From an uncultured virus (IMG/VR IMGVR_UViG_3300009162_000006) (Duplodnaviria > Heunggongvirae > Uroviricota > Caudoviricetes), in IMG/VR virus record IMGVR_UViG_3300009162_000006: 64,000 nt of DNA. One strand, written 5' to 3'. How positions within the stretch are numbered: position 1 is the stretch's first letter; the number at the start of each line of letters is the position of its first letter. This document shows, in pieces, positions 16,916 through 26,584 of this stretch. The notes below the pieces were generated by a model, which was not told where the DNA came from, made no database searches, and saw nothing but the letters and a program-made list of their open reading frames with translations. A program made the translations under genes and the position numbers.

Positions 16916-18957
16916 GCGAAAAAATACCTCCAGCCAAGATACGCTGCTCCAGCAAGCGCGCCAACCGTGGCGATCGTCGCGACGCTCGATCTTTTGGTAA
17001 CAGAGAGCTCTCGAGCTCGAGCGACTCTCTTGTTCATGTCGACAGACAGCGATTTCTTCCAGACTTGAAGCACGTCCCTAAAACTGTCGTCTGGCAAGTT
17101 CACGACCATGTTCTCGATGGTCTGCGGAACCGAGTACACGATGTACGACTGATGCTTGTCGTGCCCGGGTTTTCCGGGCGGTGTGATGAGCTTCAGCTTC
17201 GCGACTTTTGGGTCGATGTCGCCCCAGACCGTCAGGTCATTCGGGCAACCCTCGACGACCATGAAGTAGCGCCAGATCGAGACGGGCGGTCGCGGGACGC
17301 CGGCCCAAAAAGTTCGAGTCATCCAGTAGGGCACGATCGGTAGGTCGCCGCTCCAGTTCTGCATGAAGAGGGCAGCGACGTCGGGTCGCGTCGTCACCGT
17401 GAGCATGCCGCCGACCGTGCCCTCATAATCCGGCGTAGCGTCCCCTGCGGTCCCGTTCGTCGTCGGCGCGAGGTCGGGGTTGATCAGATCCGTCCAACCC
17501 TGCGGCGCGAGCGGCGCGAGAGCTTGGATAGCTTGAGCTCCAGTAGAACCAGCCTTCAGCGCGATCTCCGCAGCGATCGACGCGCTCGCCTGCGCCATGC
17601 CGCGGAGCAGGAGCATGCGGCTCCAGTAGCGCGTGCCGGTCAAGTTGCCGACGGTGTTCGAGTCGATCGTGCTGAAGATCGGTGGTCCGAGGATCGTGTC
17701 CGGCGGGTAGCCACCGTACGTCTTCGCGACTTTGAAGAACTGGGCGATGTTACGCGCCATCTGCGGCAGCGGCACGCCGTCGAACGGGTGCGGACCGCAG
17801 GCCCACCCACCCCCGCCGCCGCTCCAGAAGAGATCGAGGATGGCCTTGCCGACGTCGACTGCGATGTGCGTGAGCGCGACCGCGATCTGGGCTCCGATCT
17901 TGCCGCAGATAGTCGCCGCGATTTCTGCACCGACGGCGGAGCACACGAGGATCCCACCGATGGCGCCAGCGTCCTGCACGACGTGGTCCCAGTTGACGTG
18001 CCCGTCCTTGTCGATGAGATCGATCGTCGCGCCGTAGTTGTTCGCGACGCACTCGGCGGAAGCTTTCGCGCCCTTCCCGCCACATCCAGTGACGTCGACG
18101 CCGGTCTCTTTGCTCGCCCACTGCAGAGCGGTGTCCGTGCCGCAGCGCTCGGCATACTTTTGGAGCGTGTAGCGGTCGAGCGAGTACGGTGGGTACTGAC
18201 ACGACTCGGGAACTTCCGTGGCGCCCAGCCACCGCACCGCGGCCTCCGGTGGTAGCTCCTCGACCGGGATGCCGTTCAGACCGACAAACGTACCGCGACG
18301 AACGAAGTCGTGGTCCTCGGGGTCGAAGTGCGTCGTGTCGCAGCTCGTGCCGTCGCAGATCACCTTGATCTCGGGCATCGAGTAGTAGCGCTCGCGCGTG
18401 TAAGAGACGCACACACCGAGCGGCTGGTACGTGCCGTTGCCGAGCTGGCTCGGGTCCGCGTAGTGCCACTTGCCGTCGAAGTAGACTTTCGTGAGCACGT
18501 GGCTGATCGTGGCGGACTTATCGTAAGCGTGGCCGACGATCATCGTGTAGAGCCCGACCGCCATGAACATCGCGGCCAAGAGCACGACCTTGCCGTCGCA
18601 GTCGTCACCCGCGAGGCACGGCGTCCCGTCTTCGTGAGTCGGCCCGTCACACGCCATCAGGTGCGCCGCGGGGATGTACTCGATCCCGATCGGGTCGGGC
18701 ACCCAGAGCTTCTTGTGCTGGACGGCCTCGAGCAAGACACGAGCTCGGTGCCCCGGCCGGTGGACCTGCTTACCCGCGCTCTTCGCCTCGCTCAGTAACT
18801 TTATCGCGTACGTGCGGACGCGGGCGAGCTGCTTCGCGTCACCGAGTACCTCTGACGCGCCCTTGGCAGCGCGCTGACACACCTCTTCCAAGCTCGACCT
18901 GACGCCGGCCTCGCCGAAAGGGTGCGGGCGGGACTCGACGCTCGGGTTCCAGACCAC
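16912..18957 (-). CDS. Transglutaminase-like Cys-His-Asp domain fused to an RWL-tagged membrane-anchored domain
   Basis: GDDCDGKVVLLAAM (Cys), SHVL (His), WHYADPS (Asp); internal VRWLG; C-terminal TM. Confidence 0.7.
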   Translation of the reverse strand: MVWNPSVESRPHPFGEAGVRSSLEEVCQRAAKGASEVLGDAKQLARVRTYAIKLLSEAKSAGKQVHRPGHRARVLLEAVQHKKLWVPDPIGIEYIPAAHLMACDGPTHEDGTPCLAGDDCDGKVVLLAAMFMAVGLYTMIVGHAYDKSATISHVLTKVYFDGKWHYADPSQLGNGTYQPLGVCVSYTRERYYSMPEIKVICDGTSCDTTHFDPEDHDFVRRGTFVGLNGIPVEELPPEAAVRWLGATEVPESCQYPPYSLDRYTLQKYAERCGTDTALQWASKETGVDVTGCGGKGAKASAECVANNYGATIDLIDKDGHVNWDHVVQDAGAIGGILVCSAVGAEIAATICGKIGAQIAVALTHIAVDVGKAILDLFWSGGGGGWACGPHPFDGVPLPQMARNIAQFFKVAKTYGGYPPDTILGPPIFSTIDSNTVGNLTGTRYWSRMLLLRGMAQASASIAAEIALKAGSTGAQAIQALAPLAPQGWTDLINPDLAPTTNGTAGDATPDYEGTVGGMLTVTTRPDVAALFMQNWSGDLPIVPYWMTRTFWAGVPRPPVSIWRYFMVVEGCPNDLTVWGDIDPKVAKLKLITPPGKPGHDKHQSYIVYSVPQTIENMVVNLPDDSFRDVLQVWKKSLSVDMNKRVARARELSVTKRSSVATIATVGALAGAAYLGWRYFFA

Positions 18958-19000
18958 GAGACGAGTATGCTACCGGCTACGTCGCCGGAGCAACCACGCG

Positions 19001-20569
19001 CTACGTAGAGGCCGAACCGTTCGGCGGCGGACCAGCTTGTTCCTTCGTATTTTCGCCGAGGGGGAAGGGCTCCGCTTCGGGCTCGCTCGAGACGGGTTGC
19101 GGCGCGCTCTGGGCGGGTGCCTCGACAACCACCACTTGCGGGACGGGAGCGTTCGCCATCGCGATGCGAGCTCGCGCCGCGCGTTCGGCTGAGTCAGCGC
19201 GCTCTTTGTCGATCGCCGCGAGTCTCGTCGCGCGCTCGATCGCTTTATCCGCCTCGCTCTCGTTCTTCTTCTGGGCCTCGCTCGCCTTGTTCACTATGCC
19301 GGCGATCTTGTCGAAGAAGCCGGAACCAATCGCGAGCGCCTTGCCGGAGTTCACGAGCATGTTCGGCCAGAAGTCGCGCACGACCTCGCCGTTCTCCGCG
19401 ATCATGTTCACCCCGCCGACGTCCTTCACTTGGACGGGAAACGGCGTCTCCGGCTCCTTCGTCTCGGGCTCCTCGACTTCGTGGGGGCCGCCGCCGAACT
19501 CCTGCGCGAAGACCTTGCCGACCTTCATCACCTCTTGCGCGTTGCTCAAACTTTCCTTGAGCGCCGAGATCGGAGAGACTTTCTCTTGCGGCTCGTTGGC
19601 GTTCACGACCGGGTGGACCTGCGGTTGCTGCTGCTGATTTTGCAGCGCGAGGATCTGCTGCTGGAGGTATGCGTTCTGCTGAAGCGCCTGCGAGAGCTGC
19701 GCTGAGAGGTGCATCAACATCTGCACGAGGTTCGGGTCGGAGCCCTGGGCGACCGGTTGAAACTGCGGTTGCGGTTGAACGACCGCCTGCGGCTGCACCG
19801 GTTGCTGGACCTGCGGTTGTGGTTGCTGCATCGGTGGCTGCTGCTCGAACGTCGCCCCGACCTGCCCGCCCATCGACTGCTGGTACTGCTGCTGCGGGAA
19901 CGGAGCGCCGTACGGCATGTGCGGGTTGAACGGCGGCATCCCCCCGCCATAGCCACCGCCGTAGGGGTTCGGGGGCGCGTACGGGTTCTGCGGTGGGTAC
20001 GGGTAGCCGCCAGGCGGCGGTTGTCGATTCTGGTTCATGTCGTCTTCACTCCGCTGTCGACTGAACTCGAGCTTGCCGGCCGCGAGTTGCGGGTGCGTGC
20101 GATCGTAGCATTTCCAGGTGTACGTCGATGCTCGACCGTCCCAATACGCCTCGCGAATGCGACTCTTGAAGAGGCCGTAATCGCCCTCGAACATGCTCAT
20201 CGGCATGTCGGGGATGCTCTCGTCTGGCGGACCTGGCGCGACTCGCTTGATTCGGATCATGCAGCCGTTCCAGACGTTCGCGCACTCCCAAAATCTGACG
20301 GCGTCGTCCTCGTCGTTCCACTTGCACCACTCGCCCTTGGCCTTCCTCGCGAGGATGAGGCGACTCTGCTTCATCACGCGAGCGCTCTCCGAGTCGACGG
20401 CGCCGATCTGACGCACGGTCTTCGTGTCGATATCTACACCCTGCTGGGGCAAACCGGACTCGTCGGTCGGCGTGCCCTTCGGGTACAGGCTCGCGACGTC
20501 GGCCGGCGCCTCGTTGCCGCGCGGCACGCGACGCTGGACGACGACCTTCTCTCGCTCCCTCTTTGCCAT
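19001..20569 (-). CDS. Gln/Pro-rich hypothetical protein (522 aa)
   Basis: Long ORF with low-complexity PQ tract and coiled-coil segments. Confidence 0.7.
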   Translation of the reverse strand: MAKREREKVVVQRRVPRGNEAPADVASLYPKGTPTDESGLPQQGVDIDTKTVRQIGAVDSESARVMKQSRLILARKAKGEWCKWNDEDDAVRFWECANVWNGCMIRIKRVAPGPPDESIPDMPMSMFEGDYGLFKSRIREAYWDGRASTYTWKCYDRTHPQLAAGKLEFSRQRSEDDMNQNRQPPPGGYPYPPQNPYAPPNPYGGGYGGGMPPFNPHMPYGAPFPQQQYQQSMGGQVGATFEQQPPMQQPQPQVQQPVQPQAVVQPQPQFQPVAQGSDPNLVQMLMHLSAQLSQALQQNAYLQQQILALQNQQQQPQVHPVVNANEPQEKVSPISALKESLSNAQEVMKVGKVFAQEFGGGPHEVEEPETKEPETPFPVQVKDVGGVNMIAENGEVVRDFWPNMLVNSGKALAIGSGFFDKIAGIVNKASEAQKKNESEADKAIERATRLAAIDKERADSAERAARARIAMANAPVPQVVVVEAPAQSAPQPVSSEPEAEPFPLGENTKEQAGPPPNGSAST

Positions 20570-20575
20570 GCGCGC

Positions 20576-20890
20576 CTAGGTAACCACGGGCTCGGCGGCC
20601 GTCACCTGACCGGGCGTGTTCAGGTTCAGGACTTCGCGGAAGAGGTTGCGGGTGATGTCCTTGAGTTTCGTCGCGTCGCCGCCCCAGAGCGAGTCACCCT
20701 GCGCGTTCGTGGCGAGTACCAGCGTGCGGTGCAGGTTGCCGCCGATCACGGACGTCGTGTCGGACGTGACGGTGAAACCGAGCGAAGAGAGCGAGCCGTG
20801 ATCGAGGTCGATGGCTTGGACTTGTGCGACGAGACTCGCTGGGTCCTGCAGACCTGTCGCGATTATGTAATCGAGAGTGACGGTGCTCAT
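20576..20890 (-). CDS. Hypothetical protein (104 aa)
   Basis: Coupled minus-strand ORF. Confidence 0.6.
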   Translation of the reverse strand: MSTVTLDYIIATGLQDPASLVAQVQAIDLDHGSLSSLGFTVTSDTTSVIGGNLHRTLVLATNAQGDSLWGGDATKLKDITRNLFREVLNLNTPGQVTAAEPVVT

Positions 20891-21108
20891 GGGGTCGTGT
20901 CCTCCAGACCGTTACTTTTCTCGCCCTTCTCTTTGTCGTTCAAGGTCTTCAGCAAGGGCTGCTCGTTTTGCCAGAGCCTCAAGACGGCTTGGCGGAAGAT
21001 GTTCGAGAGCGAGAGCTTGAACACGTCGCACAGACGATTCGCCATGTCGAGTGTCTCGCGGTCGACGCGGATCGTCATCTTGTGCAGGTCGCGGTTCTTC
21101 TTAGCCAA
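20887..21108 (-). CDS. Ribbon-helix-helix (CopG-like) regulator
   Basis: KMTIRVDRETLDMANRLCDVFKLSLSNIFRQAV pattern. Confidence 0.65.
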   Translation of the reverse strand: MAKKNRDLHKMTIRVDRETLDMANRLCDVFKLSLSNIFRQAVLRLWQNEQPLLKTLNDKEKGEKSNGLEDTTP

Positions 21109-21110
21109 AT

Positions 21111-21641
21111 TCAGCCCGCTGGAGCTGCGGCCTCCTGGACTTTCGGTTTTTCAACCTCGACGGGCATCTTGAAAGTAGCGATGTCCTCGTAATCCTCTTT
21201 GATCTCCTCGGCGCGCTGGTAGCCGAGCTTGTACGCGGCCTCGAGCGGCCACTCCTCCTCGGCGATCTGCACCTGCGACTCGCTAATGCGGAGGCGGCGC
21301 GTGCAAGCACCCTTCGACCAGATCTTGCCCCCGATCACGAGCGACGCCTGCTCATTGAGAGGCTCGGCCCAGATCTCGTAGAATGCTTTTTCGCCACGAC
21401 CCATCTGTCGTTCCGGGTCGTTGTCGTCCGGGTAGCCCTCGCTGCGGTCCTCGACGAAGAAGATCGCGCCGACTTTCGCGGGGATCTCGTACATCTGCTT
21501 CTGCCCCGTCTCCGGGTTCGTCCCCTCGATCTTCGCGGGCTTGCCGTCAGGTCCGGGCCACTTGCCCCCGAGCTCGATCAGCCAGCCGTTCATGAGCAGG
21601 ACCCAGCTAACGCGCAAAATCATGTGGGCAGTCTGCCTCAC
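21111..21641 (-). CDS. Hypothetical protein (176 aa)
   Basis: Protein-like ORF in operon. Confidence 0.6.
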   Translation of the reverse strand: MRQTAHMILRVSWVLLMNGWLIELGGKWPGPDGKPAKIEGTNPETGQKQMYEIPAKVGAIFFVEDRSEGYPDDNDPERQMGRGEKAFYEIWAEPLNEQASLVIGGKIWSKGACTRRLRISESQVQIAEEEWPLEAAYKLGYQRAEEIKEDYEDIATFKMPVEVEKPKVQEAAAPAG

Positions 21642-21704
21642 GATTTTTTCAAAAGCAAGACCTGAGCGCCGTCACAGCGCCAGCCATTGTTCCCCCACGA
21701 CCCG

Positions 21705-21944
21705 CTAAACCGCTATTTTTAGCTGGCGAACGTGCCCGTGGCGATGCGAGTTCAATTGCTGAAAAGTGTGCGCCGAGTAGCCGCACACAGGGCACACGTG
21801 CTTGCCGTTCGGGATGAGCTTGCGCGGGGGCCAGCGGCCGAGTGGTGGTCGTAGCGGGGCTGAGATACGTGACCGGCGCGGTTGGCCGAGCAACTGCGCC
21901 TCGACGAAGAGCTCGACGATGCCGGAACGAAGGTCAGCCCACAT
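21705..21944 (-). CDS. C2H2 zinc-finger-like protein
   Basis: CPVCGYSAHTFQQLNSHRHGH; start MWADLR. Confidence 0.5.
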   Translation of the reverse strand: MWADLRSGIVELFVEAQLLGQPRRSRISAPLRPPLGRWPPRKLIPNGKHVCPVCGYSAHTFQQLNSHRHGHVRQLKIAV

Positions 21945-22362
21945 GCCCGTTGCTTCGCTTCTTCCTGAACGCTGCTTCTGCTGCTTCCCAATCTGATCGC
22001 TGCACGCAGCGACACGCCGGGAAGGGCTGCGGTAGGTTGAGAGACTCCCACGCCCTGTGTGCGCGCCACGCCGTCGCCTCTCCGAGCAAGACTCCCGTCG
22101 CGCGCTCGAACACGAGCCACGGCACCGGACCGTTCGGAGGTTGAGCAAGATCGTACTTCTTCTTGTTCCCCGCGACGTAGCGGTCGCGGGCCTCGTTCAT
22201 GATCCGCTCTCGAAGCGCGCGCTGCTCTGCTCTCTTGTCGACGACCTTGATCTTGCCCGTCGTTTTCTTCTTCGCTTCCTCGGCCTGCTCTCGCGCCATA
22301 CGCTCTTGCCGGCGCTTGTTCTCGCGGTCCTCCTCGAATTGAAGGAAGTCTTCCCAGTTCAT
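21934..22362 (-). CDS. Hypothetical protein (charged N-terminus)
   Basis: Start MNWEDF at 22362 overlapping the NUDIX stop. Confidence 0.6.
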   Translation of the reverse strand: MNWEDFLQFEEDRENKRRQERMAREQAEEAKKKTTGKIKVVDKRAEQRALRERIMNEARDRYVAGNKKKYDLAQPPNGPVPWLVFERATGVLLGEATAWRAHRAWESLNLPQPFPACRCVQRSDWEAAEAAFRKKRSNGHVG

Positions 22363-22748
22363 TTGTTGCTCTCCAAAACTTTGAACATCTTCTCGTAGAA
22401 CTTCGCGAACGGGCTCCACTGCAAGAACTCCTCGCGCGTGAACCAGGTGACGGCGCACCCGACTTCGCGCTCGCTCTCCACCGAGTTGGCACTTGGCGTC
22501 ACGCGGAACACGTGGCAGCGCGAAGCACGGCCGTCGTGCTGAGTCTCCGTTGGCGCTACATAGATTGGGTCCGCCTTGTGAGTGTAGAGACCGGTTTCTT
22601 CGAATAGCTCGCGCGCGCACGCCACGTCAGGCGTCTCGCCCTCCTCGACGAGGCCGCCCGGCATCGTCCAGCCTCCGTAGCGCTTGTTCCAGACGACGAG
22701 CATGCGCCCGTCTTCGCGCGTGACGTACGCGACGGCGGCGCGCTTCAC
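22359..22748 (-). CDS. NUDIX hydrolase
   Basis: Nudix box GGLVEEGETPDVACARELFEETGL. Confidence 0.9.
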   Translation of the reverse strand: MKRAAVAYVTREDGRMLVVWNKRYGGWTMPGGLVEEGETPDVACARELFEETGLYTHKADPIYVAPTETQHDGRASRCHVFRVTPSANSVESEREVGCAVTWFTREEFLQWSPFAKFYEKMFKVLESNK

Positions 22749-23452
22749 GTCTCCCTCCGCAAGTTCACGAACTCGCCACCGGGGTGCAGGTACTCCGGAG
22801 GCTCCTCACCGATCTCGGTCAGATCTTTCACGGGCACACCGACGAGCCTCGCCGTCGCTCCTTCGATCCGCATGCCGTCGGAGATGCGCCCGCCCACGTA
22901 CCAGAGCTCGTCGCAGCGCTTGATGAGCGCGCAGTCCGCGCGCAGGCCCTGCTCGCGGTACGACTCGTCGAGCTGGCTCGCGAGCACGATCCAGTCCGCG
23001 ACCGGCGCGTAACCGGACTTGAATGCCCACGCGCACCACCTCGACGCTCGCGCGATGTTCGCGTCGCGGTCGGGACCCGAGAGCGGGTGCGCGACGTAGA
23101 CGACCTTCATGTCGCGGTAGTGGATGTCAGCCGCGCGGCGCTCGTCGACGAGGTCGCGGTTCCTCTCCTGGAGCTGCGTGATCATCTGCTTGAGGTGGGC
23201 GATCGTGTCCTCGACGTCGCCGAGCGTCTTCAACGCGCCGACCCGCTTCCTGAGCTCGTCGCGCTCTCGAATCAGCCTTCTCACGGGCGTCGCCGCGCTC
23301 AAGTGACCGCTCGCGTCCCGGTCGTCGTCTGAACCGTAATCCTCGTCGTGCTCGACTAGAACACCCTTGACCGCTTCGAGCTCGCGCTCCGCTTCTACCA
23401 GATCTTCGACCGTGCCCAAGTCCGTGACTCGCGGCGGTTCGTACGGGTTCAC
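22745..23452 (-). CDS. Coiled coil plus nucleoside deoxyribosyltransferase-like (DUF4406-type) domain
   Basis: VVYVAHPLSG...LIKRCDELWYVGGRISDGMRIE. Confidence 0.6.
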   Translation of the reverse strand: MNPYEPPRVTDLGTVEDLVEAERELEAVKGVLVEHDEDYGSDDDRDASGHLSAATPVRRLIRERDELRKRVGALKTLGDVEDTIAHLKQMITQLQERNRDLVDERRAADIHYRDMKVVYVAHPLSGPDRDANIARASRWCAWAFKSGYAPVADWIVLASQLDESYREQGLRADCALIKRCDELWYVGGRISDGMRIEGATARLVGVPVKDLTEIGEEPPEYLHPGGEFVNLRRET

Positions 23453-23745
23453 TTGATCACCCCGTGTCGAATCTTGCCGTTGGCGTGGTACTGACCGTCG
23501 CAGAGCCTCTTCACGCAACCGTGCTCGTTGCAGAGGTCTAGTCCACCAGTCAGTTGCTCGATGCGGTGGTTCAAATACCACGCGGCCTTCTTCAGATCCT
23601 CGAGCTCGCTGCCCTTGTGCCTCGCACGCGCGATGTACTTCACGGCGTTGCCGAGTGAAAAATCGAGCTGCCAGTCGTCGATCACCGTGATCACTTCGAT
23701 CTTGCCGAAGTTGTAGTGCGACGGGTGGTTGATCGGATCGCTCAC
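23449..23745 (-). CDS. DUF3310 (SaV-like) phage protein
   Basis: DPINHPSHY...LGNAVKYIARARHKG..EDLKKAAWYL. Confidence 0.85.
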   Translation of the reverse strand: MSDPINHPSHYNFGKIEVITVIDDWQLDFSLGNAVKYIARARHKGSELEDLKKAAWYLNHRIEQLTGGLDLCNEHGCVKRLCDGQYHANGKIRHGVIK

Positions 23746-24746
23746 TGCCCTTGCTCCCACTCCTCGAGCAACAAACGAAAGACGGCGTACGGATTCGCCC
23801 CGATCTCCGCCGACTGCTCGACCGTGAACCCCGCCGCGGCGCTGTGCCCGCCCCCGCCTCGGGACTTGCAGAACGCGCCGACGTCGTAGCCGGTGTGGCT
23901 GCGCGTTGAGAACTGGAGCTGGAGCTTGCCCGCGTCCACGCGGTAGTGGAAGCCGGCGACGATGTCGACCGGGCGCCTGTACGTCCCCTTCATCTTCTCC
24001 AAGATTTCCGCTGCGTCGCTCGTCGGCGTCACGCCCTGGAACACGATCACGCGCGTGCCCTTGGTCGTATCGAAACGATGCGACTCGTCGATGGCGGTGC
24101 GGGCGTGCTCGAGCTTCTTCTCGAACAGCACCTTACCGATGTTAGCGATGCCGGTCGGTGGCGAGTTCAAGAAATCCAACGTCTGCATCTCGAACGGCCA
24201 GAACATGAGCGCCTCCGCCTGCTCACACGCCGCCTGCCAACGCGGGTCGCTTCGCTTCCACGTGTCGCGCACGCCCGCGAGCTCGGCGAACTCACGAACA
24301 GAGTTCTTGATCTCGTTCCACTCGTCTGCGTCGCGCAGCGGCAACCACACGTGCTCGTACGCGAGCCACGCGCCGCACTCGCCGCGGTCGTTCTCGCCGT
24401 AGGCGCCGAGCCCAGCCTCGACGAACTTCATCGTCACGTCGCGCTGCGTCGGGTGGTGGTCGAGGACGAGACAGCCCTCCTTGATCCACGTGTCGAGCAC
24501 TGAGTACGGCTCGGCGTTGAGTGCCTTGCTCGCGCTGCCGACGTACGGCGAGAAGTCCACGAACAGCGTCCCCGGTCGCGGCTCCAGCGTCCGGTGCTGC
24601 TCCGTCCCGTGCTTCACGAACAGGACCTCCACGTCTGGCAGCGCGTCCATGACGATGAGCGCGCTCGCGACGCCGTCGGGGCAGTTCGCGTGGGTCACCA
24701 GGCGCTTCACGTTCTTGAGTCTCTCAATCGATATCGTCATCTTCAT
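23742..24746 (-). CDS. DHH/DHHA1 phosphoesterase
   Basis: HANCPDG, VDF, LDHH, GGGGHSAAAG motifs. Confidence 0.85.
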   Translation of the reverse strand: MKMTISIERLKNVKRLVTHANCPDGVASALIVMDALPDVEVLFVKHGTEQHRTLEPRPGTLFVDFSPYVGSASKALNAEPYSVLDTWIKEGCLVLDHHPTQRDVTMKFVEAGLGAYGENDRGECGAWLAYEHVWLPLRDADEWNEIKNSVREFAELAGVRDTWKRSDPRWQAACEQAEALMFWPFEMQTLDFLNSPPTGIANIGKVLFEKKLEHARTAIDESHRFDTTKGTRVIVFQGVTPTSDAAEILEKMKGTYRRPVDIVAGFHYRVDAGKLQLQFSTRSHTGYDVGAFCKSRGGGGHSAAAGFTVEQSAEIGANPYAVFRLLLEEWEQGQ

Positions 24747-25045
24747 TCTCCTGACCAGAGCTTCTCGAGCACTTCTTTCAACGACGCGGGGTCCTGCTCG
24801 TTGTCCTCGTCCCAGATCTTCTGCAGGCTCTCGCGCGAGTGCTCGAGCAGCTCTCGCGGCGCCAGCGCGATCTCGATGATCGACTGGCAGTTGGGTCGGA
24901 ACTCGATCGGCACGCCCCTCGCGTCCTCCCTCACGACGGCGCCGTAGCGCCCTGCGGGGATGTCCGACTGCACCATGCCCGCGACCTTCGCCATGAGCAC
25001 GAGGCGCTCCTCCGCGGTCCAGTCTTTGGAGATGGCGTGCTTCAC
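24743..25045 (-). CDS. Hypothetical protein
   Basis: Coupled ORF. Confidence 0.55.
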   Translation of the reverse strand: MKHAISKDWTAEERLVLMAKVAGMVQSDIPAGRYGAVVREDARGVPIEFRPNCQSIIEIALAPRELLEHSRESLQKIWDEDNEQDPASLKEVLEKLWSGE

Positions 25046-25482
25046 GGCACGAGCTCCTTGCTGTGGGCGATGGCGACTGCCGGTCCCTTGGCCCAGCCCG
25101 CGAAGGCGCTGCCATTAGCCTGGAAGTCGTGGGCGCCGCCGCACCACTGCAGCTGCTCGCGCATCTCGCGCACGAGCGTCTCGAGCTCTCTCACACGATC
25201 ATCGTCGCCGTTCGTGAAGATCTCCTCCGTCGCGGCCAGGGCGGCGCGGTACTGCACCTTCTTCGCCTCGCCGAGGTCGAAGATCCAGTCGATGCAGGCG
25301 TCCGCGCAGGCGTGAGCCTCCTCGATCTGCTCCTGGTCCTCGCCCATGCGCGCTCGAATGTCGGCCCAGAGGTTGATGACGATCGGCGCCGCCGGGTCGC
25401 GGCCGAGCAGGACGAACATCGGCTCGTCGGGCTCGGCTTTTGAGAAACAGTCGAATTTTCCTGGCTTGTTTTTAGTTCCCAC
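25042..25482 (-). CDS. Phage hypothetical protein (DEPMFVLLGRD type)
   Basis: FDCFSKAEPDEPMFVLLGRDPAAP motif, recalled from other phage proteins. Confidence 0.6.
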   Translation of the reverse strand: MGTKNKPGKFDCFSKAEPDEPMFVLLGRDPAAPIVINLWADIRARMGEDQEQIEEAHACADACIDWIFDLGEAKKVQYRAALAATEEIFTNGDDDRVRELETLVREMREQLQWCGGAHDFQANGSAFAGWAKGPAVAIAHSKELVP

Positions 25483-25494
25483 GTTGTTGCTCCT

Positions 25495-26049
25495 TCACTT
25501 GAACTGCCTCCAGCTCCGCGACGCGACCGGGCCGCGCGCGGCCTCGCCGACGTAGTTACCTCGGTACTCCTCGATCTCGCCCTGCACGGCGTGGAATCGG
25601 ATCTGCGCGACGCGCATGCCCGCGTACAGGCGCACGGGCAAGACACAGGTCACCTCCATCGTGTACTGGCCGTCGAAACCCGGGTCGCCGTAGCCGGCGG
25701 TCTGGTGCACGCTCACGCCGAGTCGGCCTAGCGAGCTCTTGCCGTCGAGGATCGGCACGAACCGCGTGGCCCGCACGCGCTCGACCGTGTGCATGAGGTA
25801 GAGCTGGCCAGGTTGGAGGATGATGAACGACCCGAATTGAATCTTCTCCAGCTTGTACTCGCGAGCCGCATCCAGGAATTCGATCTCTCGATCTTTGAAA
25901 CTGGTAACCGACAAAGTGCGATACTTGCCGACCTCTCCGCCCAGCGTCAGGTCCACGCTCGCCGGGTTCACGTGCTCGGGCACGAACGGGTCGATCTCGA
26001 TGTTGCCGAGCTCGACCTGGCGACGGATCTCGGGGCCGGTGAGGATCAT
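25495..26049 (-). CDS. dcd: dCTP deaminase
   Basis: MILTGPEI, NPASVDLTL, GKSSLGRLG, AGYGDPGFDGQYTME. Confidence 0.9.
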   Translation of the reverse strand: MILTGPEIRRQVELGNIEIDPFVPEHVNPASVDLTLGGEVGKYRTLSVTSFKDREIEFLDAAREYKLEKIQFGSFIILQPGQLYLMHTVERVRATRFVPILDGKSSLGRLGVSVHQTAGYGDPGFDGQYTMEVTCVLPVRLYAGMRVAQIRFHAVQGEIEEYRGNYVGEAARGPVASRSWRQFK

Positions 26050-26306
26050 GTTCCCCTCTCGTCTGCGCACGAGGCGCAGGAGTTGTAACCGAACTCGACC
26101 TTCTTGCCGCAATACAAGCAGCATTCCTTGATCAGCGTGGCGAGATACTCGAGTACGAGCTGGCACTCGACGGTCGCCGTCATCACGCTCGTCTTGGACA
26201 TGGCGGTCTGGTTCGAGCGCAGGTTCTTGAGAGCCTCCCGCGCCTCGCGGACGTGCTTCTTTGCCATGCGCTTCAGCGAGCGGTCGATGTTCAACTTGCC
26301 GCTCAT
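26046..26306 (-). CDS. Hypothetical protein with C-terminal CxxC..CxxC
   Basis: Coupled ORF. Confidence 0.55.
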   Translation of the reverse strand: MSGKLNIDRSLKRMAKKHVREAREALKNLRSNQTAMSKTSVMTATVECQLVLEYLATLIKECCLYCGKKVEFGYNSCASCADERGT

Positions 26307-26584
26307 TGTTTCTCGACCCACGCCTTCAAGAGCTCGTTTAACCTGTTGACCTGCTCGTCAATCGACATGTGCTGCCACTTTCGATCTTCGACGACCGCTA
26401 CCATCTCAGACGGGCAGAGACCTCCACGCTGAGCCAAACGCTCCGGCGTCTGGTCGTGGTTGTTCAGGCATTGCTCGCGGTGCTCTGCTACGAAATTCCA
26501 CGGCACAAATCTCGGGCACTGGAGCTCGATCATCCGAGCCTGCTCATTACGATCGTGTTGCCACAGCACGGGAAAGGTCTTCAC
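26303..26584 (-). CDS. Phage hypothetical protein
   Basis: PWNFVAEHREQCLNNHDQTPERLAQRGGL motif. Confidence 0.55.
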   Translation of the reverse strand: MKTFPVLWQHDRNEQARMIELQCPRFVPWNFVAEHREQCLNNHDQTPERLAQRGGLCPSEMVAVVEDRKWQHMSIDEQVNRLNELLKAWVEKQ

